Below are positions 28,326-36,908 of a stretch of DNA of 64,000 nucleotides, piece by piece. The notes under the pieces are model-generated. The model saw nothing but the letters and a program-made list of their open reading frames with translations. It was not told where the DNA came from and did no database searches. How positions within the stretch are numbered: the stretch's first letter is position 1; every line of letters begins with the position of its first letter. Source of the DNA: Bacteroidota bacterium (GTDB lineage Bacteria > Bacteroidota > Bacteroidia > AKYH767-A > OLB10). The position numbers and the translations under genes are program-made. The stretch lies in the NCBI GenBank assembly GCA_024643795.1, contig JAHEMF010000011.1:1302-65301 (forward strand), read 5' to 3'.

Positions 28326-29402
28326 TCAAATTTTCGACATACGTTGTCTGAGCATATGGTCGGCAACTACCAGATTCGCCATTGATTCAACAATAATAAC
28401 AGCTCTGGGAACAACACAAGGATCATGCCTGCCCTTAACAACGAGTTTTTCCGGCTCTCCCGAACTATTAACAGTATCCTGTTCAATCATTATTGTTGAT
28501 ATTGGCTTGAAAGCAACTCTGAAAACTACCGGTTGTCCGTTGGAAAGTCCGCCTTGAATACCTCCTGAATTATTGGTGCTGGTAGTGATTGTTCCTCCTT
28601 TATTAACAAATGGATCATTATGTTCTGAGCCTTTCATGGATGATGCTTTGAATCCCGAGCCTATTTCAAATCCTTTAGCGGCATTAATGCTCATCATGGC
28701 TTTAGCCAGATCAGCGTTTAATTTATCAAATACGGGTTCTCCCAATCCCGCTGGCAGGTTTTTAATAGTACATTCAATTATCCCACCAGTGGTATCTCCT
28801 TTTGAGCGTAATACGGTGAGAACTTGTTCTATTTCCTCGGTGGCAATTGTATCAGGGCATCGTGCAATTGAATTGTATATATCTTCCCGCTTCAAGGGTT
28901 CTGTTATTTCAGCGTTTATTGTCCCAATTGATTTTGTATAGGCAAGAGTTGAAATTCCATTTATTTCCAAAAACTGGGCCGCAACCGACCCTGCTACCAC
29001 CCTTGCAAGGGTTTCTCTGGCAGATGCCCGTCCGCTGCCTCTGTGATCGCGCAAACCATATTTGGCTTCCCAGGTATAATCAGCGTGAGAAGGGCGGTAA
29101 ACGTTTTCAATAACAGAGTAATCGCTCGGGCGGATGTCATGATTTCTTGTAATAAAAGCGATAGGAGCACCTGTTGTTACACCTTCAAAGATCCCTGATA
29201 AAAATTCAATCTGATCAGATTCATTTCTGGAGGTGGTTATTGCTGATTGTCCGGGTCTTCTATATGACAGGTCTTGCTGTACTCTGTCAATATCAAGTGT
29301 TAATCCTGAAGGACATCCATCAATGACCCCTCCTATGGCGGGACCATGTGATTCGCCAAATGAAGTTAACCTGAATGCTGTACCAAAAGTGTTACCTGCC
29401 AT
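28326..29402 (-). CDS. aroC: Chorismate synthase
   Basis: MAGNTFGTAFRLTSFGESHGPAIGGVIDGCP..., GRHDPCVVPRA. Confidence 0.95.
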   Translation of the reverse strand: MAGNTFGTAFRLTSFGESHGPAIGGVIDGCPSGLTLDIDRVQQDLSYRRPGQSAITTSRNESDQIEFLSGIFEGVTTGAPIAFITRNHDIRPSDYSVIENVYRPSHADYTWEAKYGLRDHRGSGRASARETLARVVAGSVAAQFLEINGISTLAYTKSIGTINAEITEPLKREDIYNSIARCPDTIATEEIEQVLTVLRSKGDTTGGIIECTIKNLPAGLGEPVFDKLNADLAKAMMSINAAKGFEIGSGFKASSMKGSEHNDPFVNKGGTITTSTNNSGGIQGGLSNGQPVVFRVAFKPISTIMIEQDTVNSSGEPEKLVVKGRHDPCVVPRAVIIVESMANLVVADHMLRQRMSKI

Positions 29403-29460
29403 GGGCTATAAAGGTAGTAAAGTTGATTGTTGGCCCTAATGAAAGTACAACCGTGGTAAA

Positions 29461-29811
29461 TTATTGCCTGAATTTCTTGTTGAGATGCATTTCTGTTAGT
29501 ATGATCAGAAGGAATGAAGTAGTAATGATGATAATTAATCCAGGTATGATACTTATAGTTGTTTCCTCATCAAAATAGAAAAGAAGAATTCCCAGACAAG
29601 CATTTCCCAGCCCAGCACCAATCAGGAGCTTGGCAGAAAACCTGTTTGCTTCTTTCCAGGTATCTGCATTTTGCATCGATCGTCTGGTTCTGTATCCATA
29701 TATTGAATTTATTTTGCGAGGTGGAAACATTAAAAACCACACGCCAGCAATTGTAAAAACAGATCCGACTATGATCAGTAACTCAAATGCCGAATCATTC
29801 ATACTGCTCAT
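29461..29811 (-). CDS. SdpI/YhfL-family small membrane protein
   Basis: 116 aa, 3-4 TM. INSIYGYRTRRSMQNADTWKEANRFSAKLLIGAG resembles the SdpI-family core. Confidence 0.6.
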   Translation of the reverse strand: MSSMNDSAFELLIIVGSVFTIAGVWFLMFPPRKINSIYGYRTRRSMQNADTWKEANRFSAKLLIGAGLGNACLGILLFYFDEETTISIIPGLIIIITTSFLLIILTEMHLNKKFRQ

Positions 29812-30218
29812 GTCAATAATCGGTTCTGGAGTGCACCCAGCATTTTTAACCAGTTGTTAAAGTCTTCCCGATCTTCCCACAAATCTTTTAGTTCAGATTC
29901 TGCTCCTATCCTGTCTAATGCATCCGCAGCTAACTCTATCATCTCTTCTGATCGGTAATCATTTGAAACAGGGTTGATCTTGCTTATTCTTACCTTGAAA
30001 TGTTCACTTGTTTCGGAGTCAAAGTTTCCTTTCAGAGAGGCTATAAGCTCGCAGGCGGCTATTGTTTCTTCACATTGATCTAGAGTGGCATTTTCCCAGG
30101 ATCTCAAATAATTCCTGATCAATCCTTCAAGGATATCGCTACCATTCTGTTCAACTTTGATCAGTAGCTCTTCTACCGTTCCATTGTCAAAAGTATTATA
30201 GCTGATATTTTCATCCAT
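29808..30218 (-). CDS. Hypothetical cytoplasmic helical protein (possibly DUF4259-like)
   Basis: 136 aa, acidic, no signal peptide. Overlaps the downstream SdpI-like gene by 4 nt. Family assignment is from weak recollection only. Confidence 0.45.
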   Translation of the reverse strand: MDENISYNTFDNGTVEELLIKVEQNGSDILEGLIRNYLRSWENATLDQCEETIAACELIASLKGNFDSETSEHFKVRISKINPVSNDYRSEEMIELAADALDRIGAESELKDLWEDREDFNNWLKMLGALQNRLLT

Positions 30219-30286
30219 GATAGATCTTCAAATTTAAAGTTTAGATGTCCTGTTAGTGCTTTGCTAAAATACCGTCTAAAAATGAA

Positions 30287-30321
30287 ATAGTCAACACCAG
30301 TATTTAGCCGATGTTGACTAT
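30287..30321 (-). terminator. Rho-independent terminator after the ABC/adaptor operon
   Basis: Perfect 10-bp stem ATAGTCAACA (30287-30296) / TGTTGACTAT (30312-30321), 15-nt loop. T-rich tract follows on the minus strand. Confidence 0.65.
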
Positions 30322-30338
30322 TCAAAATTCTTTGGTAT

Positions 30339-31454
30339 TTAATTCTGATCCGGGCGGATAGGTTTAACCTCTTCCTGTGGCAAACCTTTGATCTTTGTTG
30401 TTGTGTCAAGCTCACTCAGCACCTCAATGTTAATTCCATCAGACAGTCCTGTCTTGATGAACTGCTTTTCAAAAACCTGAGGAGATTTTTCTATCTCCAC
30501 ATAGCTGGAGTCTCCTTCAAACTTCAAAGTACTTTCCTTGAGTGCTATCACACTATCCCGGCGATCAAGCACAATATCTGCATTAGCACTGTATCCAGCT
30601 CTAATGAAGTGATCCGGGTCAAGTTCAACGGCTGCCTTGATTTCAAACTGAATAGCTCCGTTCTCTTCTACTCCCTTTGGAGAAATATATTCAAGCTTTG
30701 CTTTGAAAGTCTGATCTTCAATAGCGCCCACACGTAAAATCAGGTCCATTCCGGTTTTTATTTTTCCAACTTCTGATTCATCAACTTTTCCTTCAAATAC
30801 CATTTCACCCATATCTGCCACGGATGCAATAGTGGTACCTTCATTGAAAGTATTGCTCTCAATTACAGAATTACCCTCTTTAATTGGAACATCAAGTACC
30901 ATTCCACTGATTGTAGAACGAACCAGCGTGTTGGTGATACTACCCATGCTTTTGGTAGTTCCTTCCTTTATCAGAGCCAGGTTGTTTTCTGCTGAACTCA
31001 ATTCTTCCTGAGCAGTTTTGTAATTCAGTTCAGCTGCCTGGTACTCATTCTGTGGGATTACTTTATCATCGTATAACTTTTTGGTTCGATCGTAATCAAT
31101 TTTTGCATTTTCAAGGGCTATTCTGGCTCTGTTTACCCTGCTTTCTGCATTGTTCAGGTTCACTACATCCGGAATAATCTTTATCCGTGCTATCACATCA
31201 CCTGATTTTACAAACTCACCAGCTTCCAGATAAACTTTATCAACAATGCCTGACACCTTTGATTTAATGGCGATCTCTTTACGTGGAACCACAGATCCTG
31301 TGGCAACTGTTTTCTTGATGATATTGGTTACAAATGGCGATTCCGTTCCATACACCATCGGTTTCTCATCATTTTTCTTGTAGAGATAATATAAGGTCCA
31401 TACAAATACACAAAGGACCAGTACTCCTATAAAAATTTTAATAAATTTCTTCAT
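30339..31454 (-). CDS. Periplasmic adaptor (HlyD/MacA-type membrane fusion protein)
   Basis: N-terminal TM, biotinyl-lipoyl-like hairpin flanks (GIVDKVYLEAGEFVKSGDVIARI / ISGMVLDVPIKEGNSV), coiled-coil hairpin. Confidence 0.85.
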   Translation of the reverse strand: MKKFIKIFIGVLVLCVFVWTLYYLYKKNDEKPMVYGTESPFVTNIIKKTVATGSVVPRKEIAIKSKVSGIVDKVYLEAGEFVKSGDVIARIKIIPDVVNLNNAESRVNRARIALENAKIDYDRTKKLYDDKVIPQNEYQAAELNYKTAQEELSSAENNLALIKEGTTKSMGSITNTLVRSTISGMVLDVPIKEGNSVIESNTFNEGTTIASVADMGEMVFEGKVDESEVGKIKTGMDLILRVGAIEDQTFKAKLEYISPKGVEENGAIQFEIKAAVELDPDHFIRAGYSANADIVLDRRDSVIALKESTLKFEGDSSYVEIEKSPQVFEKQFIKTGLSDGINIEVLSELDTTTKIKGLPQEEVKPIRPDQN

Positions 31455-31484
31455 ATAATAATAGAGTTATGCGCTTAGTTTAGT

Positions 31485-32738
31485 TTATTCGGTTCTAACA
31501 GCTTCAATAGGTTTTATTTTCAATGCTCTGTATGCAGGAATAAGTCCGGCAAATGCACCGGCAAATACAAGTACTAAGAGCGACTTTAAAGCAACTGAAA
31601 GATCTACAGTAGGGTTGGCAAAAAATCCACCACCTTCACCAATAGCTGATGACACTGCTTCCAAGATGCCTACTCCCAATACAAGGCCAAAGTAACCGGC
31701 TATAGAGGTCAATACTACAGATTCGAGTACTATTTGTCTTGCTATATCAAATGGCGGTGCACCAATTGCTCTTCTTATTCCAATTTCAGAAGTTCTTTCC
31801 TTGATTATAATTAGCATGATATTACTTACACCAATAACGCCTGCCAATAAAGTACCAATACCTACTATCCAGATAAGGATCTCTATTCCGGTAAACAGGC
31901 CCATCATTTTATTGTATTCGTCTTCCAGGTTAAAATGGCCTACCGCCTGAGGGTCATCAGGATGAACTGAGTGCCTTTCTTTTAGTAATGAGACTACTTT
32001 TGCTTCAACTTCTGAAGCCGAGACATTAGGCTTTGAAGTAATAGCAAACCAACCAACTACGTTTTGATAATTGAATGCATTTTGAAATGTAGAGAATGGG
32101 ATAAAGATAGAAGTAGCATCTTCTTCACCCCGGTCGAGTGACTTAGAGCTTTTAAAAACTCCTATAACACTAAAATATACACCATTTACCTGTATGCTTT
32201 CACCGATAGGATCTTCACCCGGATCGAATAATACTTCCTTCACTCGTTGCCCGATGACAGCTACTTTACGCTTTTCATTCAAATCATTTTGATTGAGAAG
32301 CCTGCCTTCATCCAGCCGATAACTTTGGATGGTGAAAATTTCCGGATAGTCGCCATAAACTCCAAAAGCACCTGAATTCAACCCCCTTATAACATTATTG
32401 GTTCCTCCGTAATTCCCAAGTTGATTGCGGGGAGCAACTACAGCTGCTTGAGGAACATTATCTTTTATTGCCTGAATGTCTGAATTGTTAAAATTGAAGT
32501 TCCTGCCTTGTGGAAATCCTTTATATGGCATGCTTGTTTTCCAGGTCCAGGTGAAAAAACTATTGGTGGCAAAATCACCAAATCCTTTAGTCACACCATT
32601 TTTTAAACCATTACCTGATCCGAGCATGATGATCAGCATGAAAAGTCCCCAGAATACTCCAAATGCAGTGAGGAATGTTCTGAGCTTATTCCTGCTCAGA
32701 GTGATATATATCTCATTCCAACGGTCTCTGTCAAACAT
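31485..32738 (-). CDS. ABC transporter permease, MacB/FtsX-type
   Basis: 417 aa. TM1, large periplasmic domain, 3 C-terminal TM. KERTSEIGIRRAIGA motif. Confidence 0.85.
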   Translation of the reverse strand: MFDRDRWNEIYITLSRNKLRTFLTAFGVFWGLFMLIIMLGSGNGLKNGVTKGFGDFATNSFFTWTWKTSMPYKGFPQGRNFNFNNSDIQAIKDNVPQAAVVAPRNQLGNYGGTNNVIRGLNSGAFGVYGDYPEIFTIQSYRLDEGRLLNQNDLNEKRKVAVIGQRVKEVLFDPGEDPIGESIQVNGVYFSVIGVFKSSKSLDRGEEDATSIFIPFSTFQNAFNYQNVVGWFAITSKPNVSASEVEAKVVSLLKERHSVHPDDPQAVGHFNLEDEYNKMMGLFTGIEILIWIVGIGTLLAGVIGVSNIMLIIIKERTSEIGIRRAIGAPPFDIARQIVLESVVLTSIAGYFGLVLGVGILEAVSSAIGEGGGFFANPTVDLSVALKSLLVLVFAGAFAGLIPAYRALKIKPIEAVRTE

Positions 32739-32752
32739 GATATTTTGTTTTA

Positions 32753-33976
32753 TTATTCATCTCTTAAGGCAACAACTGGTGGAATAGAAGCCGCTTTACT
32801 TGCAGGGAATAATCCTGCAATTGCCCCGGCTGTAACAAGCAGCATCGTGGCACTGATAGCTACGGCAAGATTAACTTCAGGATTCTCAAAGAATTCTGTT
32901 CTGGGTATAGCGCCGCCTACTAACTCAAGCAAACCTACTCCTAATACAAGGCCAATATATCCTGCAATAGAGGTTATAAAAATTGATTCAAGCATTATAA
33001 GGCCAACAATATTGTAAGGTGTTGCGCCTAGTGCCTTCCGGATACCGATCTCTTTGGTTCGTTCTTTTACAACTATCATCATAATGTTGCTTACACCAAC
33101 TATACCGGCTATGATAGTTCCAATACCTATGATCCAGATGAATAACCTAATGTTGCCCATGAGGTCACTAAATCTTTTATAATCTTCAAGGTTATTACTG
33201 ATCCTGATTGCACGCAAATCGCTGGGATCATAATTATGTCTGCGTGCCAGATAGTTTCTAAGGTTGGCAGTCAACATAACCGATTGCTCTACAGAACTGC
33301 TATTATGAGTCAGTAAAATTTGTCTGATCTTACCTTTACCATTGAATGCCCTTTGTGCTGTTGTTATGGGTAGGTATACCATTCGGTTCTCATAACCACC
33401 TTCTTCATCTTCAAAGATTCCAACAACCAAAAATGCAATTCCGTTCACTTTTATGTATTTACCCATAGGGTCTTCGTCACCAAATATTGATTCCTGAACT
33501 GCTGTGCCGATCACAGCAACTTTCTTGTATTCTTCCAGATCAGTTTGATTAATAAACCGGCCTTCATGTATGATGGCATTTTCTATGAGGTAATGTTCTG
33601 GATGAACAGAACGCACTTCGAAATCTCCAAATTTATTTTTGTATGAAATGTTAATGGAACCACGAATAAAAAACCTGCTGCTCATCCATTCTATTTGAGG
33701 ATAACTTGCTCTTAAGAGAGCATAGTCTTCATTTTCCAGTTCAATTCTTCTGCCTACAGGCATGCCATTATAAGGCATACTGGTAGCTCCACCTGTAATG
33801 AATATACTGTTTACTGCAGCTATTCTGAATTGATTCTCGGCTCCATTCTGAAGTCCTGTACCCGAACCAAGTAGAATGATAAGCATAAAAATACCCCACG
33901 CCACACTGAATCCGGTCAGAAAAGTTCTGAGCTTATTCTTGCTAATTGTGTCAAATATTTCCTGCCACTTATCCAT
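32753..33976 (-). CDS. ABC transporter permease, MacB/FtsX-type (second, paralogous)
   Basis: 407 aa with the same architecture. KERTKEIGIRKALGA motif. Confidence 0.85.
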   Translation of the reverse strand: MDKWQEIFDTISKNKLRTFLTGFSVAWGIFMLIILLGSGTGLQNGAENQFRIAAVNSIFITGGATSMPYNGMPVGRRIELENEDYALLRASYPQIEWMSSRFFIRGSINISYKNKFGDFEVRSVHPEHYLIENAIIHEGRFINQTDLEEYKKVAVIGTAVQESIFGDEDPMGKYIKVNGIAFLVVGIFEDEEGGYENRMVYLPITTAQRAFNGKGKIRQILLTHNSSSVEQSVMLTANLRNYLARRHNYDPSDLRAIRISNNLEDYKRFSDLMGNIRLFIWIIGIGTIIAGIVGVSNIMMIVVKERTKEIGIRKALGATPYNIVGLIMLESIFITSIAGYIGLVLGVGLLELVGGAIPRTEFFENPEVNLAVAISATMLLVTAGAIAGLFPASKAASIPPVVALRDE

Positions 33977-33979
33977 TTA

Positions 33980-34681
33980 TCATGCTTCTGTACCGGTGAG
34001 CATATTTGTTTTTTCTGATGGAGTGTCAATAACACCATCTTTGATCCTGATAATTCGTTCAGTCATATTCGCAATTTCATTTTCATGCGTAACTACTATC
34101 AAAGTCATTCCTTTTGCGTGCACTTGTTTGAACAACTGCATAACTTCCTGAGAAGTAACTGAGTCAAGTGCGCCTGTTGGTTCATCAGCCAGTATGATCT
34201 TTGGATTGGTAATGAGTGCTCTGGCAATTGCCACCCTTTGTTTTTGTCCTCCTGAAAGTTCAGAAGGCATGTGATGAGCCCAGTCTGTCAAACCAACCCT
34301 GTCTAAATATTCCATTGCAATCCGGTTTCTTTCTTTTCTCTTGATCCCCTGATAATATAGCGGTAAGGCAACATTTTCAACTGCATTTTTAAATGAAAGC
34401 AAATTGAAGGATTGAAAGACAAATCCGATGAACCTGTTTCGGTATTCGGCTGCTTTAGATTGGTTCAGGTTCTTAATAAGTGTGCCCCCCAAATAATACT
34501 CCCCTGAATCATATTCATCCAGAATCCCCAAAATGTTCAACAGGGTTGATTTTCCTGAACCTGATGAACCCATTATGGAGACAAATTCACCGTCCTTGAT
34601 ATCCAGATTAACCCCTTTAAGTACATGAAGGGAGTTCTTCCCAATGGAGTAGCTTTTATTTATTGCGTTTAGCTTGATCAT
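33980..34681 (-). CDS. ABC transporter ATP-binding protein (MacB/LolD-type)
   Basis: Walker A GSSGSGKST, signature LSGGQKQRVAIARAL, Walker B ILADEPTGALD. Confidence 0.9.
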   Translation of the reverse strand: MIKLNAINKSYSIGKNSLHVLKGVNLDIKDGEFVSIMGSSGSGKSTLLNILGILDEYDSGEYYLGGTLIKNLNQSKAAEYRNRFIGFVFQSFNLLSFKNAVENVALPLYYQGIKRKERNRIAMEYLDRVGLTDWAHHMPSELSGGQKQRVAIARALITNPKIILADEPTGALDSVTSQEVMQLFKQVHAKGMTLIVVTHENEIANMTERIIRIKDGVIDTPSEKTNMLTGTEA

Positions 34682-34815
34682 AGTATGACAACAAAACTAA
34701 AAAAGAGAACACTTATTATATTAAATATCAACATGTTATTGTATCACATAATCGGGTAGTGGGGTGAGTTTCAGTGGGTTTCAGTATAGATTGTAGCTTA
34801 ACGTAGGTCCTGTTT

Positions 34816-34885
34816 AAGTCAACCTGTAATTGACTTTATGTGGCTATTATGTAAGAAATGTGACTTTTAGTACTTGACTAAGTCA
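34816..34885. promoter_or_regulatory. Array of TGACT(T)/AAGTCA half-sites (candidate operator)
   Basis: AAGTCAA 34816-34822 and TTGACTT 34830-34836 form a 7-bp inverted repeat. TGACTT at 34861-34866. 11-nt palindrome TGACTAAGTCA at 34875-34885. Confidence 0.4.
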
Positions 34886-34903
34886 GAAAAGATGATAACT
34901 TTG
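34874..34903 (+). promoter_or_regulatory. Candidate Bacteroidota promoter (-33 TTG, -7 TAACTTTG) for the acidic mini-protein gene
   Basis: TAACTTTG (34896-34903) is an exact TAnnTTTG match. TTG lies at 34874-34876, 19 nt upstream. ATG at 34933. Confidence 0.5.
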
Positions 34904-34932
34904 GTTACTTATTCTAAAACCAACTTACTCTA

Positions 34933-35250
34933 ATGAAAAAAATTAAGTTCTTAGCCCTGCTAGCCCTTGTTTTTGGCGCATTTGGGTTGAATTCAGCTTT
35001 AGCTCAGTCTGATGATGATGGAGATGAACCACCACCACCAATGATGAGCCAGTTTGATGATGACGGTAATTCTGAAGTAGAAGGACAAAGTAGCACCGTT
35101 ACCATTGATGGTGAGGAAAGTTACGATTCCGGTGAAAGTACTTCAAGTTCCGGTTCATCTTATAGTGGTTCTGAAAGTCGTGAAAGAGTCAGAGTTTACT
35201 CAGGTAAGCATGATGGAAACAATGTAATTAAGGATTCTAAACGAGATTAA
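34933..35250 (+). CDS. Small secreted acidic Asp/Glu/Ser-rich protein (predicted disordered)
   Basis: Signal peptide MKKIKFLALLALVFGAFGLNSALAQ. Mature part: SDDDGDEPPPPMMSQFDDDGNSEVEGQSS...STSSSGSSYSGSES. Has its own promoter-like box and terminator. Confidence 0.65.
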   Translation: MKKIKFLALLALVFGAFGLNSALAQSDDDGDEPPPPMMSQFDDDGNSEVEGQSSTVTIDGEESYDSGESTSSSGSSYSGSESRERVRVYSGKHDGNNVIKDSKRD

Positions 35251-35270
35251 TTTCTATTAAATAAATATAA

Positions 35271-35298
35271 AAGCCCCGGATTTTTCCGGGGTTTTTTA
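35271..35298 (+). terminator. Rho-independent terminator
   Basis: CCCCGG (35274-35279) / CCGGGG (35286-35291) stem followed by a T6 run. Confidence 0.8.
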
Positions 35299-35338
35299 TT
35301 TTTATACCTGTTATAGCCAAACTAATCTATTCGACTTC

Positions 35339-35728
35339 ATGAATATAAAAATGTTGCTAGGCGGTATATTTGGTATCTTATTGATTTCTTTCATTAACCA
35401 TGATGGCCTTTGTCAGGACCCCAATAATCTAAAGGAATATATTTTTGTAATGCTTAAAAGTGGTCCTGACAGATCTCAGTCAGAAGCAGAACTTAAAAAG
35501 CTGCAAGCTGGTCATCTTGACAATATCAGATCCATGGCAGAGAGTGGAATGTTAGCCATCGCCGGCCCGTTTGCAGAAGATATTGACTGGAGAGGAATTT
35601 TGATATTTAATATTATGGATACAGTCAAAGTTAAGTCAATGTTGAATGATGACCCGGCTATTAAGGCCGGTAGGCTGACATTTGAACTGCATCCGATTTT
35701 CAGCACACCCGGCAGATGCCTTAAATGA
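35339..35728 (+). CDS. YciI-like protein with N-terminal signal/anchor sequence
   Basis: YIFVMLKSGPDRSQS...GHLDNIRSMAESGMLAIAGPF...DDPAIKAGRL resembles the YCII fold. N-terminus MLLGGIFGILLISFINH is hydrophobic. Confidence 0.6.
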   Translation: MNIKMLLGGIFGILLISFINHDGLCQDPNNLKEYIFVMLKSGPDRSQSEAELKKLQAGHLDNIRSMAESGMLAIAGPFAEDIDWRGILIFNIMDTVKVKSMLNDDPAIKAGRLTFELHPIFSTPGRCLK

Positions 35729-35756
35729 TCATATAAACCCCAAACAAATACACCCT

Positions 35757-36158
35757 ATGAAACAGTTATTTTTATTGCTTGCATTTTGTTCTATTTCTAC
35801 CATTGGATTTACGCAGGGTTCTAAAACAGTAACCTCTTGTAAAATATACCTTGATGGTAAAGTTGTAGAAAACTCATCCCTTGAAACAATTCTTGAATGG
35901 TGTAAACTTGTGCCACCAACAGTTCAATGTGATGATGGGATGGTATATCAACTGGAAACTTTTAATGTCAGTTTTATTTCACTCAACCCATTTATGACTA
36001 CCGATTTCGGAATTGGACAAAAAGGCGTTCCGATCAGGGCTGTTCAAGCTGTTGAAAAAGGTAAAAGTGGTGATGCCATGGTCCTCAAAAATGTAAAGTA
36101 TATTGACAGTGCCGGTGCGGAGGGTGAACTTCCGGTCATTTCCATCAAGATCGAGTAG
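35757..36158 (+). CDS. Hypothetical secreted protein
   Basis: Track ORF 35682 trimmed to ATG 35757 (MKQLFLLLAFCSISTIGFTQ signal peptide). No motif recognised. Confidence 0.55.
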   Translation: MKQLFLLLAFCSISTIGFTQGSKTVTSCKIYLDGKVVENSSLETILEWCKLVPPTVQCDDGMVYQLETFNVSFISLNPFMTTDFGIGQKGVPIRAVQAVEKGKSGDAMVLKNVKYIDSAGAEGELPVISIKIE

Positions 36159-36161
36159 TTA

Positions 36162-36839
36162 GTGGCCAAAACACTTTCTGTACAGCTTCTTGACCTTTTC
36201 GGATCACTTAATGATGCGCCTGAAATAAGCCCAGATATCAGTTATTTGGATCCTTATCAGGATGTGTATGTTGTTGAACTTGTAAAGCAATTTTATACAA
36301 GATTTTATTCTGATACCAGGCAGAGAGTGCTTGTTTTAGGGATCAATCCGGGCAGGTTAGGAGGTGGGCAAACAGGAATACCTTTTACTGACCCATATGC
36401 TTTATCAGAATATTGTGGAATAGATAATTCGTTACCAATCAGGCGAGAGCTTTCAAGTACATTTATTTATCAATTTATTGAACACTTCGGAGGTCCGGAA
36501 AAGTTTTATTCTCAATTCTTATTCAGTTCTGTTTGCCCATTGGGTTTTATAAGATCCGGAAAAAATTTAAACTACTATGATGACAGCAGACTTTTTAAAG
36601 ATACAAGAAGTTTTATTGAAAAATCTTTGAAAGATCACCTGTCAATGAATGTTTCAAGAAAAGTTTTGATAATTTTTGGTAAGAAAAATGCCGAATGTGT
36701 ACAATCAATGAAGGTAATGGATGATTTATTTGATAAAATTGTGATCTTGCCACACCCACGATACCTGATGCAATACAAACGAAAGGAAGTTAATGAGCAT
36801 ATTAAAACGTGGGTTGAAGTATTCAAATCCTTTGTTTAA
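36162..36839 (+). CDS. SMUG-like uracil-DNA glycosylase superfamily protein (DUF4918 type)
   Basis: LGINPGRLGGGQTGIPFTDP resembles SMUG motif A (GMNPGP..AQTGVPF). LPHPRY resembles motif B. Confidence 0.65.
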   Translation: MAKTLSVQLLDLFGSLNDAPEISPDISYLDPYQDVYVVELVKQFYTRFYSDTRQRVLVLGINPGRLGGGQTGIPFTDPYALSEYCGIDNSLPIRRELSSTFIYQFIEHFGGPEKFYSQFLFSSVCPLGFIRSGKNLNYYDDSRLFKDTRSFIEKSLKDHLSMNVSRKVLIIFGKKNAECVQSMKVMDDLFDKIVILPHPRYLMQYKRKEVNEHIKTWVEVFKSFV

Positions 36840-36855
36840 TATTAGCTGATGTGTT

Positions 36856-36893
36856 AAAACAAAAAGGATGCAATATTGCACCCTTTTTGTTTT
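36856..36893. terminator. Bidirectional rho-independent terminator between convergent genes
   Basis: GGATGCAAT/ATTGCACCC hairpin (36866-36883, one A-C mismatch) flanked by an A-run upstream and TTTTTGTTTT downstream. Confidence 0.7.
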
Positions 36894-36908
36894 AGATCCA
36901 TAATACTT

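Noticed and set aside
30173-30415. 80-aa minus-strand ORF bridging the adaptor gene end and the next gene
   Set aside because: It runs straight through a strong terminator hairpin (30287-30321) and overlaps both neighbouring genes.
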